From sequence record PX418922.1: a stretch of 64,000 nt of DNA. One strand, given 5' to 3'. Every line of letters starts with the position of its first letter. Position 1 is the first letter of the stretch. A program made the translations under genes and the position numbers. Below are positions 47,507-56,735 of the stretch, one piece after another. Source of the DNA: a phage. Below the pieces are notes generated by a model. That model was not told where the DNA came from, made no database searches, and worked only from the letters and a program-made list of their open reading frames with translations.

Positions 47507-50182
47507 ATGTTTCCAATTCCAATATTTACTATTATGACCAGCACTGGTGTCGTTCCTCTGCCAGCAGGTATTGTTAAAAAAGTAATCACTTTAGATTACC
47601 CAGATAATGCTGGGAATTCTAATAGCAGTTTAGCAATTTTGCTTAATGATGGTAGATTGTTTACTCAAGGCGCAAACCTTTTTGGTGAGATTGCAGATGG
47701 AACTCGTAGTGCACGATTCAATAATTTCCACTTGGCTTCTACTGTAGTAGCGGATGTGTTTACCGCAGATCGTTGTTTTGTTATTAAAACTAACAGTGGA
47801 GGATGGCAATATTCAGGATTGACAGCAGGATTGGTAGGATCTATAGCAGCAGGTGGTACGGACGCATGTGTAACTACTTGGACCAGCTTTCCATCTGTAA
47901 TAACAGGGACTATCTCTTTAGCTAATCTTAAAGAGGTTAAGGGAGGATATAACAACACTCTCTGGTTAATGAATAGTGGTGTTCTTTATGGATCAGGTCA
48001 AAACACAGTAGGCAGTTTAGGTGCAAGTACTACTAACGAAGTTTCTACTCCTCGTCAGATAACAAGTGCAGCAGTTGCTTTTGATGCAGGTTACAACCAA
48101 TGCTCTTATGTCAACAATGTGGGAACCTTGCGTGTTTGTGGAGCTAGTAAAGGTTTAGCAGGTAATAATAACACAACAACAGCTTTTGTCAATGCTAAGA
48201 TATCCGCTACTGAAACAGTGTATGTCAAAGATTACATCAATACAGTTTCCCAGACAATAGTTGTAGGAGATACCTCCGGTGGCACGGGTACAGTAAACTA
48301 CTTATATGTTAGGTCTAATACAGAAACAACCTACACTAAACTGGATACCTTTGCAGCAGGTTTCTCAACATGGAAGTTTCCACCAAGCCGCCACTCTTTT
48401 TTCGTTGGGATCAATAATTCCTTGTGGGCTATTGGTAAGAACTACACTGCAAACTTAGGTTTGGGGTATGATTCTGCGAGCGGAGATCCACTCCAAGTGG
48501 GAAAACCAGTTAAACCTGAAGGAGTGGGTTCTTGGGATATAAACAAGCTCACAAGCGTTCATACGCTGAATATGGATGTTACTAACCAATTAGGTTATCA
48601 AGGAACCTTTTTCGTTTATAATGGAGATATGTATTATTCCGGTATTTGGAAAGATGGGAAAGCCTCGTATCTGTTCAATAGCGGTCTAAACTATAATAAA
48701 TTCACACCAATAGCAAGCTCCGTGATTACGGGTGATATTCTGGCAACTGGCTTAACTACAGATTCTTTAGGAATTTGTATTGTAGGTGGAACTAAACAGT
48801 TGACACATTCTGTTAGCCCAGAAGGAGGTAAACTTTTCAATATTAAATACACTTCTTCTGCCCCTGCAAACATGACAATATCATCTACTGGTTTAATGAC
48901 TTTCCATGCAGAAGGTGGTTTTGATGCAGGTATGACAGCCTTAAACGCTGAAGGAACAACTTTATCAGATACCTCTGGAGGATATGCTTCAACATTGAGT
49001 GTTTACACCCCTAGCTTATCTGCGATGGATGTAGGAACAACACAAACAATGGTAGCAGAAATAACGCCAACAGGAGCAGCAAGCTTACCTGGCATGGTTG
49101 TTGAGTATTTCTCTAATGACCCTACGGTAGCAACAGTTGACCCCGTTACAGGCGTTATTACAGCGGTTGCTGATGGAGGTTGTCGTATCGGTTGTAGAGC
49201 AACTTATCAAGGTGTGGTAACTGCCGAAGATAGTTCTTATCTCACAGTGAATGCTGTGGTGATTGTGATGGATTATGATTTGACGCAAGAAACTATTCCG
49301 GCGGATGTAAAGGTCAACAGGAGTAACCGTTATGCCAGGGCTTCTGGAGATATCCTTGTACCTACAGAGAGTTCTGCTCCCGTAGCACCTTTAGAATATG
49401 TTGGTACAACTCCACAAGGTAGACGTGTTGTAGCAGCCAACCGTACACATATCTTTATCAACAATAACTTGACAACAGCTTCCCCGTGGTTGAAGACGAA
49501 CTTGACAGTCACAGCATCAACAATCAACTCTCCGGTTGGAACTACGGCTAACACTTACAAGTTAACACCTTCTACAACTTCAGGACAACATATTTTATCA
49601 GCAGTGAATACAGCTTCTGATATTACAGCAGGTAAGCACTGGGCGGCATCCGTATTCTTGAAGCCAGATGGGATCACTAAAGTGAAACTCAAATTGACTT
49701 CAGGAGATGAGATTAACGAAGGGACTTATGATCTTGTAGCTGGAACATTTACAGGTGCAGATGCAAACATAATCGATATGGGGAATGGTTGGTATCGTGT
49801 AATTCTACACAAAGTGACAGTTGCCAAACAAGCATCTATAACCTATGAGATTATAGCTTTGAATGCAAGTGGATCAGACACTTTCGCAGGAGATGGTACG
49901 GCAGGTCTTATTGCTTGGGTTCCACAGCTTGAGATGGGGGATATGACAAATCCAGTTTGGGCGGGGACACCATTTGTTTGTTCTTATGCACGAGACACTA
50001 CCAGTGCTGTTACCTTCACTATTCCTAAGAATGGACATACTGGCGTGGACATTTACCACACTGATGGTACTGTGCAACGAGAGGTCTTCACTGGTACAGC
50101 TACAACTTGGATGTTGACGTTCACCGCCGCAAGTGCGGATTGGGGATCGAAGTTCATTACAGGTTTGAAATATTACGACTAA
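47507..50182 (+). CDS. large tail fibre protein (beta-rich, Ig-like/adhesin-like)
   Basis: 891 aa, Thr/Ser/Gly/Val-rich; last gene of rightward late operon. Confidence 0.5.
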   Translation: MFPIPIFTIMTSTGVVPLPAGIVKKVITLDYPDNAGNSNSSLAILLNDGRLFTQGANLFGEIADGTRSARFNNFHLASTVVADVFTADRCFVIKTNSGGWQYSGLTAGLVGSIAAGGTDACVTTWTSFPSVITGTISLANLKEVKGGYNNTLWLMNSGVLYGSGQNTVGSLGASTTNEVSTPRQITSAAVAFDAGYNQCSYVNNVGTLRVCGASKGLAGNNNTTTAFVNAKISATETVYVKDYINTVSQTIVVGDTSGGTGTVNYLYVRSNTETTYTKLDTFAAGFSTWKFPPSRHSFFVGINNSLWAIGKNYTANLGLGYDSASGDPLQVGKPVKPEGVGSWDINKLTSVHTLNMDVTNQLGYQGTFFVYNGDMYYSGIWKDGKASYLFNSGLNYNKFTPIASSVITGDILATGLTTDSLGICIVGGTKQLTHSVSPEGGKLFNIKYTSSAPANMTISSTGLMTFHAEGGFDAGMTALNAEGTTLSDTSGGYASTLSVYTPSLSAMDVGTTQTMVAEITPTGAASLPGMVVEYFSNDPTVATVDPVTGVITAVADGGCRIGCRATYQGVVTAEDSSYLTVNAVVIVMDYDLTQETIPADVKVNRSNRYARASGDILVPTESSAPVAPLEYVGTTPQGRRVVAANRTHIFINNNLTTASPWLKTNLTVTASTINSPVGTTANTYKLTPSTTSGQHILSAVNTASDITAGKHWAASVFLKPDGITKVKLKLTSGDEINEGTYDLVAGTFTGADANIIDMGNGWYRVILHKVTVAKQASITYEIIALNASGSDTFAGDGTAGLIAWVPQLEMGDMTNPVWAGTPFVCSYARDTTSAVTFTIPKNGHTGVDIYHTDGTVQREVFTGTATTWMLTFTAASADWGSKFITGLKYYD

Positions 50183-50187
50183 TAAAA

Positions 50188-50218
50188 AAGGGAACCTTTG
50201 CGGGTTCCCTTTTCTTTT
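50188..50218. terminator. bidirectional rho-independent terminator between convergent operons
   Basis: AAGGGAACC-TTTGCG-GGTTCCCTT hairpin flanked by AATAAAAAA upstream and TTCTTTT downstream. Confidence 0.7.
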
Positions 50219-50245
50219 ATAAAAACTCTTTATAAATCAATAAGA

Positions 50246-51133
50246 TCAGAATGGAATATCATCGTCGAAGTCCATTGGAGGTTCTTCTTGATTACTTGGA
50301 GTTGGTTCTGGTTGTGGTTCAGGTTTCTTAACTTCTTTCTTCTCTTCTTTCTTAGGCTGTTCTGCGGAACCACGAATGGCAGCAGCAACTTTATCAGACA
50401 GAGCCAGAACTTTACGAGCAGAATCAATCAGATCTTCTACAGATACAGTCTTAATAGTATGGTCTTTACAAGCATTGAGGATAGCGTGACCAACAGATGC
50501 CCCAAGATCATAATCATTAATATCAACGCCACGAGATTCAGCAATTTCCGATTTCAGCGTGACAGTTGCAGATTGAACAACCCCAGCGATATCGAAAGCA
50601 TCGCCTTTAACACCATTACGAATCAGTTCCAGTGCACCATTTACTGCGTGACCAGTTTCCAGACCTACAGTATCACGTTTTTTATAGGATTGCTTAGGAG
50701 CAGCATCGTTGGAACCTTTATTGCCAGAAGATTTGTTAGACTTCTGAACACCATCGGTAGACAATACTGTAATACGAGATTTTTTAGTATTGTAGTAAGT
50801 TTTACCGCCTTTATTATCAACGCGATCAATATCAATACTTACTTCTACACCTTTTTCAATAGTGATCCAATTATCGCCTTCTTTGACTTGCAGGTTTTCA
50901 TAACCTTCTTTCAGTTCAATGTCACCAAGAGAAATCCAAACACCTTTCTCATCTGGTTTAGCACCTTTCTCTTTCAGAACAAGAGAAGCTCGGTGAGTTG
51001 AAACAATCGTTTTTCCTTCCCAATGGAAGGTTTTAGGTTCAGCGAATTTATCCAGTTTAACGTAGTCTACGATACCAGTTGCATAAGTTACGGTTTTGCC
51101 TTTACGATCAGTTTCAGTATTAATTACGGACAT
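50246..51133 (-). CDS. ssDNA-binding-like protein with E. coli SSB-type C-terminal tip
   Basis: C-terminus ...EEPPMDFDDDIPF resembles the E. coli SSB tail end (PMDFDDDIPF); Pro/Glu/Lys-rich linker precedes it; N-terminal fold not identified. Confidence 0.55.
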   Translation of the reverse strand: MSVINTETDRKGKTVTYATGIVDYVKLDKFAEPKTFHWEGKTIVSTHRASLVLKEKGAKPDEKGVWISLGDIELKEGYENLQVKEGDNWITIEKGVEVSIDIDRVDNKGGKTYYNTKKSRITVLSTDGVQKSNKSSGNKGSNDAAPKQSYKKRDTVGLETGHAVNGALELIRNGVKGDAFDIAGVVQSATVTLKSEIAESRGVDINDYDLGASVGHAILNACKDHTIKTVSVEDLIDSARKVLALSDKVAAAIRGSAEQPKKEEKKEVKKPEPQPEPTPSNQEEPPMDFDDDIPF

Positions 51134-51149
51134 TATTATCTCCTCTACA

Positions 51150-51542
51150 TTACATTAATTTTGCACAGAAAGAGCGGAGTCTTTCCATATCATCTTGCTC
51201 TAACAGGTATTTACCTTTACCTATTCCAACTCCAATTTCACCATTAGGAAAATGAACTATTTGCACTGGGAAACCTCCGAGTTTAATTGTGGCAGCTTTG
51301 CCTTCTTCGTCTATAACGTTTCGGATTGTATCTTGCAGTGAAATGAATTCTTTGTTTGTAACAGTGGTTTCAATTATTTCAGATGTTTCGACACGAGCAG
51401 TTAGCTTCTTGTTTCCACCTTGAATAACCAAAATTTGAAAATAAAAAGAGTTGTCAAGACCTACAACATTTTTCTCAACTAGTGTCAAACTGGTATAGTT
51501 TCCATAAACAGTTTCAACAGCTATCTTAGAACGTTCAGTCAT
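51150..51542 (-). CDS. hypothetical protein
   Basis: ORF. Confidence 0.4.
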   Translation of the reverse strand: MTERSKIAVETVYGNYTSLTLVEKNVVGLDNSFYFQILVIQGGNKKLTARVETSEIIETTVTNKEFISLQDTIRNVIDEEGKAATIKLGGFPVQIVHFPNGEIGVGIGKGKYLLEQDDMERLRSFCAKLM

Positions 51543-51587
51543 TGAATGCTATCCTATCATAAAATGTTTAATATTGTCAAGCTTTAA

Positions 51588-52181
51588 TTACCAAGGAATA
51601 TCATCTTCTTCCAATCTGGTATCTACTTGAGGTGGACGTGGAACCTTAACCTCTTTCACAAAACGAAGATATGGGAAACGTGTAGCAATTTTAATAACAT
51701 GTTTGGCATCTTCTCTAACATCTTTGTGCAAGAAGCAGATCCCTGTTTCCAAGGTTGTTTCAAAATCTTTAGAATAATAACAGTCCTTCCCATCAAATGC
51801 AGCCTGGCAGATGGACAGATCGAACTCATTTAGAAAGGTTGTCATTACGCTTGGTTCCATAATCATAAGGTTGCAAAGCTGACCATCACGTTCAAACTCA
51901 AAAACGTGTTTAAGACCAGTAACACCTTCATAATTGTCAGAAGCCTCTTTGTTCCCTAGTTTACGAATATTGGTTCCCATTAAAGCAGATGCAATTAATC
52001 CTTGTATTTGTTCTTCAGTCCGATGTGCAGGAAGGGATGTATAGAAATCCAGATCACGTCCAGCAATATCAAGAATACGCCAATCACGAACAGCACCGCC
52101 AGCCAAGACAGAATTAGGATCAGCGATCTTTAATATGGTAAGAATTTCTTTGGCAATATTGATTTGTTTTGATTTAGTCAT
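51588..52181 (-). CDS. Pol-beta superfamily nucleotidyltransferase (CCA-adding/poly(A) polymerase head-domain-like) with SSB-like C-terminal tip
   Basis: LAGGAVRDWRILDIAGRDLDFYT matches the GGxVRD...DxD signature of class II tRNA nucleotidyltransferases; C-terminus ends EEDDIPW. Confidence 0.5.
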   Translation of the reverse strand: MTKSKQINIAKEILTILKIADPNSVLAGGAVRDWRILDIAGRDLDFYTSLPAHRTEEQIQGLIASALMGTNIRKLGNKEASDNYEGVTGLKHVFEFERDGQLCNLMIMEPSVMTTFLNEFDLSICQAAFDGKDCYYSKDFETTLETGICFLHKDVREDAKHVIKIATRFPYLRFVKEVKVPRPPQVDTRLEEDDIPW

Positions 52182-52392
52182 TGATACGCTCCACAGTTAC
52201 TTTTACAACATCGTCCATATTAATCTCATCCCCTAAGACCTCAATAACACCTTCCTCATAAAGTCGAGCACATTCTTCCCACACTTCAGCTTCCGTCATT
52301 CCACCTGCAATCTTATTTGCAAGACCTTTAATAACATCTTCATTTTGTTCATCAACAAGAATTGAAACATTAAAGCTCACTAATTTACGCAT
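52174..52392 (-). CDS. hypothetical acidic protein
   Basis: ORF overlapping neighbour start. Confidence 0.35.
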   Translation of the reverse strand: MRKLVSFNVSILVDEQNEDVIKGLANKIAGGMTEAEVWEECARLYEEGVIEVLGDEINMDDVVKVTVERIND

Positions 52393-52569
52393 TGTTTTCT
52401 CCTTATACTTCTAAACGGAAAGTTTCTTTAGATACAAAATCGTATCCACCTTTTTCAAGCCAGTCATTGTAAACCTCATCGGCTTGAGACTCTATCATAA
52501 AATACCGAGTGGTAACTTCGTCTCCGACAATACGCACAATTTTATAGCAAATCATGATACCATTTCCCA

Positions 52570-52761
52570 TTAATCTTCCTCCAGATCAATTTCATTATAA
52601 CAATGTATGCAGAAACCATCATTGTGCATATGTTGTTCATAAGACATATCTTTACCACAAGACCAACAACGGATATCCCCATCGTCCCATTCACGTTCTT
52701 CTTCACCTTCGAATTCATCTGGTAGGTAAGGCATACCAAGACAATCTAAATCGTAATGCAT
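52570..52761 (-). CDS. small zinc-ribbon protein
   Basis: CWSCGKD...CIHCYNE; start moved to internal Met preceded by AGGAGGAGAT, avoiding overlap with the polymerase gene and the hairpin at 52777-52797. Confidence 0.45.
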   Translation of the reverse strand: MHYDLDCLGMPYLPDEFEGEEEREWDDGDIRCWSCGKDMSYEQHMHNDGFCIHCYNEIDLEED

Positions 52762-52810
52762 ATCTCCTCCTATAAAGGGGCAGAAGCCCCTTATAAAACA
52801 ATATGTTAGA

Positions 52811-55408
52811 TCAGTGACAGGACGCCCAAGAATTACCCACATCATATCCGGCAGTAAGCTGAACATTAAGATTGTAAAATTCTCCAGCCTTAGTAACAGC
52901 TAAGGCAGCAAGTTCACCTGCCCGACTATAGGCTGTAAACCATCCACCTTTAGGAGATTCATGAATGTTAGCCCAAATTTGCCCTGTCTCTTTTTCCTTA
53001 TTATGCTTCCATTCTTCGACTTTAGCAAGGCATTCTTTATCAATTTTCTTTTGTTCTTCAGGATCGTCTACTTTCTTCCAACCTAATGATTCAGGTGAAA
53101 ACCATTTAAATTCTACAAGGTTACGAGAAACTTCAAGCTGGGCTTCATCGTGATATGCAATCATTTGTTGCACGAAGTCTTTATTCTTCCAGTCATCTTT
53201 AAAGAAGTCAACACTTAGCCCTTCTTCTTCGATCATGTCGTCATAAATAACCATTGCACGTTTAGCACAGATAACCCCGCCGCTTTGGAATAGAGAGTTA
53301 AGAATCGCGTGAGCAGAACGAGTAGGAACCTTACGACCGTCAATACCCAAAACATATTGTTTACCAGTCTTAACCCAGAAATCGTTTAAACGTTCTTTAA
53401 GACGCGCCAATGGGAATGCAGCTTCCCAGAAAGCATCAAACACCAATTGACCTGTAAACTTATCGCTACCAATTGTTTTAGCAACCTTGTCGGCTTGTGC
53501 ACCATAGGTAATACCATACTTAACAGATTTAGCAGGACTACGTTCAAATTTACGTCCAATAGTTTCAGTGATACGTTTTGCCATCATTGTGTGAACATCG
53601 TTAGGTTTTTCTAACAACAGAGCGTTACAATATTCGTGTGGCTCCGGCTCGTACCGCCAACAGTAGTGTGATTCAATTTTTGCTTCCAAAGAGTCGAAGT
53701 CGTAGCCGATCTGGAAGTATTTAGGAACCTCTACACCAAACAAGTTACGCATCTCCCATCCAAACAAAGATGTGACACGAGGAATGTTAGCTACAGACCT
53801 ATGCTTCATACGAGAGGTTGCAGCATCACATGTAGCTGCTGGGGTAGGAATACGACCATCCGCCCTTACTGCGGCTAAGAAACCTTTATCGTATTCTTGA
53901 TCTTCTTCATCTTCTTCCCAATCAGCACCGCCACCTAAAATAGAGTTCCTACGATGCTTATACGTTAAGTATTCTACAATCTGTGTAGCATAAGGAAACT
54001 TCTCACCCAAAGCTTGCAGGTTAGGACAAATTTCTTTTTCCTGACCTTTGGTAAAACATGGGTTAGTCAATACTTTAAGACCGCGACCTTTACCTTTTGC
54101 TATACGCTCTTGAATCTTCCTTTCCAAGGTTTCCGGTGTGCACTCCAGATGATCACAACGATCCTGACAAAAATTAGAAGATAGAGTTTGCTCAACGTAA
54201 GCTCGAATGCCTTTCTGAAGTTCTTCCTCGCTCTTTTTAATCTTGGTGCCAGATTTAAGAGTCAAGTCTTTATCTTTATATTCAGACGGTACCCAACCTA
54301 ATCCTACAAGCCAGTTTTTAATATGGGTTGTATCGTTCAATGTTGCAGGAATGTTAGGATCACATAGAGGCTCATCTGCTGCAACTGGCAGTTTCCACTC
54401 TTTCCCCAACATAACTAACCACCAATCGCCATCCCTCTCTTCCAAATGACCATCATGTTTCTTAGCAAAATTGATCATATGGTTAGTTGGCTCTAAGTTC
54501 TTTTTAATTTGCAACTTAGGTGGAATAAAAGCTTTAAGATAACCTTTTGTTGCTGGTTTAGGTGGCAAAATAGGCTCAACGAGTAAACGAAGACGCTCCA
54601 TTTCTGCATCCAAAAAAGCAAGGTTCTCTTCTGCTTGTTTCATGTTAAAAGCAAACCCACGGTGTTCCTGGCGTGTAATAATGTCTGCTACACGTTGTTC
54701 AAGTTCAAATGGACCTTCCCATTTATCATAATCACCCCATTCTTCCATAAGGTAATTATATACGCTCGTATTGGCTTTGTTGTCATAGATACAGTAATAA
54801 AGCATATCCGCAGCAAAAGTCTTAAATCGATCTTCTTCTGGAATCTCTTTACGGAAATCTATTTTTACATCACCACCTGCTTTTCGAGAAAGTGCTGCCA
54901 AGCTATGTCCTGATTTGCCCTCAATCTTTCGATCTGGGTTTAACACTTTACTCAAAATCAAGGAGTCAATAAGTTTTACCTTATTTTTGCCCCACGTATT
55001 ATATTTAACACTGTAATCTAATCCATAAAACAGTTTTGTAGCCAACCAGTCGTAGTTGATACCGTTGTGAGCCACAGCCATTTCAACCAGATATTCAGGC
55101 TTGTCTTTAAAATAACCTTCATGATTAATAAAATCTGGGAAATCTTTTAGTTGAAAATGTGTGTAATCTTGCGCCACATACTCTTTAAGAACATATGTGT
55201 ATTTACCATCTGACTCTTCATAAGGACGCCCATCAAAGATGTATTTAGGGCCATCGTGGAAAGCTACTATTTCTCCTGTTTCATGGTTCTCTAAGACAAT
55301 ACAGTGCATTTGAAATGTGTCTTTGAGACGATAAGGACTAGCTAAATAATCAATAGTGTCATTATTCAACAATCCGTTTGCTTCAATATCCCATGTAAAC
55401 TTACTCAC
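52811..55408 (-). CDS. family A DNA polymerase with 3'-5' exonuclease domain
   Basis: Exo I WDIEANGL; motif A YDFDSLEAKI; motif B RSPAKSVKYGITYGA; motif C YHDEAQLEV. Confidence 0.9.
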   Translation of the reverse strand: MSKFTWDIEANGLLNNDTIDYLASPYRLKDTFQMHCIVLENHETGEIVAFHDGPKYIFDGRPYEESDGKYTYVLKEYVAQDYTHFQLKDFPDFINHEGYFKDKPEYLVEMAVAHNGINYDWLATKLFYGLDYSVKYNTWGKNKVKLIDSLILSKVLNPDRKIEGKSGHSLAALSRKAGGDVKIDFRKEIPEEDRFKTFAADMLYYCIYDNKANTSVYNYLMEEWGDYDKWEGPFELEQRVADIITRQEHRGFAFNMKQAEENLAFLDAEMERLRLLVEPILPPKPATKGYLKAFIPPKLQIKKNLEPTNHMINFAKKHDGHLEERDGDWWLVMLGKEWKLPVAADEPLCDPNIPATLNDTTHIKNWLVGLGWVPSEYKDKDLTLKSGTKIKKSEEELQKGIRAYVEQTLSSNFCQDRCDHLECTPETLERKIQERIAKGKGRGLKVLTNPCFTKGQEKEICPNLQALGEKFPYATQIVEYLTYKHRRNSILGGGADWEEDEEDQEYDKGFLAAVRADGRIPTPAATCDAATSRMKHRSVANIPRVTSLFGWEMRNLFGVEVPKYFQIGYDFDSLEAKIESHYCWRYEPEPHEYCNALLLEKPNDVHTMMAKRITETIGRKFERSPAKSVKYGITYGAQADKVAKTIGSDKFTGQLVFDAFWEAAFPLARLKERLNDFWVKTGKQYVLGIDGRKVPTRSAHAILNSLFQSGGVICAKRAMVIYDDMIEEEGLSVDFFKDDWKNKDFVQQMIAYHDEAQLEVSRNLVEFKWFSPESLGWKKVDDPEEQKKIDKECLAKVEEWKHNKEKETGQIWANIHESPKGGWFTAYSRAGELAALAVTKAGEFYNLNVQLTAGYDVGNSWASCH

Positions 55409-56202
55409 TATTCCTCCTTTCTAATGTTCTCCAGAACCCACTGAAGTTCTTTTAAACTTAAACTTCTTACTCCCGCAGTTTTACTAGCTTCAGCTTTAAG
55501 TAACGGGTAAGCCTCAATGATACGCGTTTTAAGATCAGAAGTCAAGGCTTTTAAAAAGTAGGTAGATGCTTCAGATAAAGAATCTTCTTCTGATAACACT
55601 TTACCTGCACTTGCTCCCGCTCTCCTAACGGCTATATCGTAGTCTTTACTGTTACCTAATACGAATAGTCGATTCTCTCCTAAAACAACGGGAGAACGCT
55701 TCTCGTTGCGTTTAATCCATATCTGGAATACACAAGGAACATCCCAAGGTTCTCCATGAAGAATAAAAGATCCTTTTGGACATTCTTCTTCGTAAAGAAG
55801 ATGCATGTGGGGATTTAGTTTGTGTGCAAAAAAGATTTTTTGAAATGTGCGAGGCAAGATAAAACAAATACCACCTTCGTTATCCAACATTTCAGCACAA
55901 TGGTTAAAGAACTTAATGGCAAGACTAGCATTTTTTCCAAACGGAGGATTACCGACAAAAGCAGTTACACTACCAACAGACTCAACAGATTGAGCTAAAA
56001 AATCTGCCTCAATACAATCTTCAAACTTAGGGTCAATATCAAAAGAAGTTATGTTTTTAAAACAAGAAGAGAAAGCCCCTTCTCCCGCAGATGGTTCTAC
56101 GTAGTTAGCTTCCTCTCCAAAAATTTCTTTGATCTTATCACATAAGAACCCCGCATAAGCGGGGTTAGTGTAATATTGATCAAGTGTGTTCAACTTGCTC
56201 AA
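55408..56202 (-). CDS. DNA methyltransferase (amino-methyltransferase, gamma-type motif order)
   Basis: DQYYTNP then SAM motif I VEPSAGEGAF then catalytic GNPPFG; small, no obvious separate target-recognition domain. Confidence 0.7.
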   Translation of the reverse strand: MSKLNTLDQYYTNPAYAGFLCDKIKEIFGEEANYVEPSAGEGAFSSCFKNITSFDIDPKFEDCIEADFLAQSVESVGSVTAFVGNPPFGKNASLAIKFFNHCAEMLDNEGGICFILPRTFQKIFFAHKLNPHMHLLYEEECPKGSFILHGEPWDVPCVFQIWIKRNEKRSPVVLGENRLFVLGNSKDYDIAVRRAGASAGKVLSEEDSLSEASTYFLKALTSDLKTRIIEAYPLLKAEASKTAGVRSLSLKELQWVLENIRKEE

Positions 56203-56211
56203 TAGTCCTCC

Positions 56212-56643
56212 TTAGTTGTTAGCGAACTCAATAGTGAGGTCAACTTTACCATCGTCAGAAATAACCATGTTTTTGGTATTTTTAAAGATGATATCTACTT
56301 TACCTTCACTTACACGACAGAATGCAACACCATCTGCAACTTTATCGATATAATATTTGTAAGAAAGAATACCCACTTTACTACGACCAGCACCTTTTGT
56401 GAAAGAAGGGCTTACATCGAAACGGAAACCTTTAGAAGAAACAACACGGTAAGAACGTCCAGTTGGAAGATGTTCAATAACAGAGACATTATTCTCAACA
56501 ACTTTTACAGCAAACTCTTCAGGATGATCCTCAACAATCATATGTGGGATGGCAAATGCCAACGCTTGTTTGTGTTTAATAACACCAGCACCCAGAGCAC
56601 CAGCAGCTTTAACTTTTGCATTCAGATCGATTGTCATACGCAT
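56212..56643 (-). CDS. hypothetical protein
   Basis: ORF between methyltransferase and primase-helicase. Confidence 0.45.
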   Translation of the reverse strand: MRMTIDLNAKVKAAGALGAGVIKHKQALAFAIPHMIVEDHPEEFAVKVVENNVSVIEHLPTGRSYRVVSSKGFRFDVSPSFTKGAGRSKVGILSYKYYIDKVADGVAFCRVSEGKVDIIFKNTKNMVISDDGKVDLTIEFANN

Positions 56644-56735
56644 TTTTACTTCTCCTCTTGTTTGGTTGATGAGACAAGTATAAGTCCCTTCCGTAAAGTT
56701 GTCAACAGGTATTTTTAATAAAAGGGCCGAAGCCC

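Noticed and set aside
42326-50182. Diversity-generating retroelement targeting tail fibre C-termini
   Set aside because: No reverse transcriptase ORF and no template/variable repeat pair was seen near the fibre genes
50198-51001. 267-aa plus-strand ORF
   Set aside because: Lies entirely antisense to the minus-strand SSB-like gene (50246-51133), has a low-complexity Phe/Ile/Asn-rich translation and begins inside the bidirectional terminator
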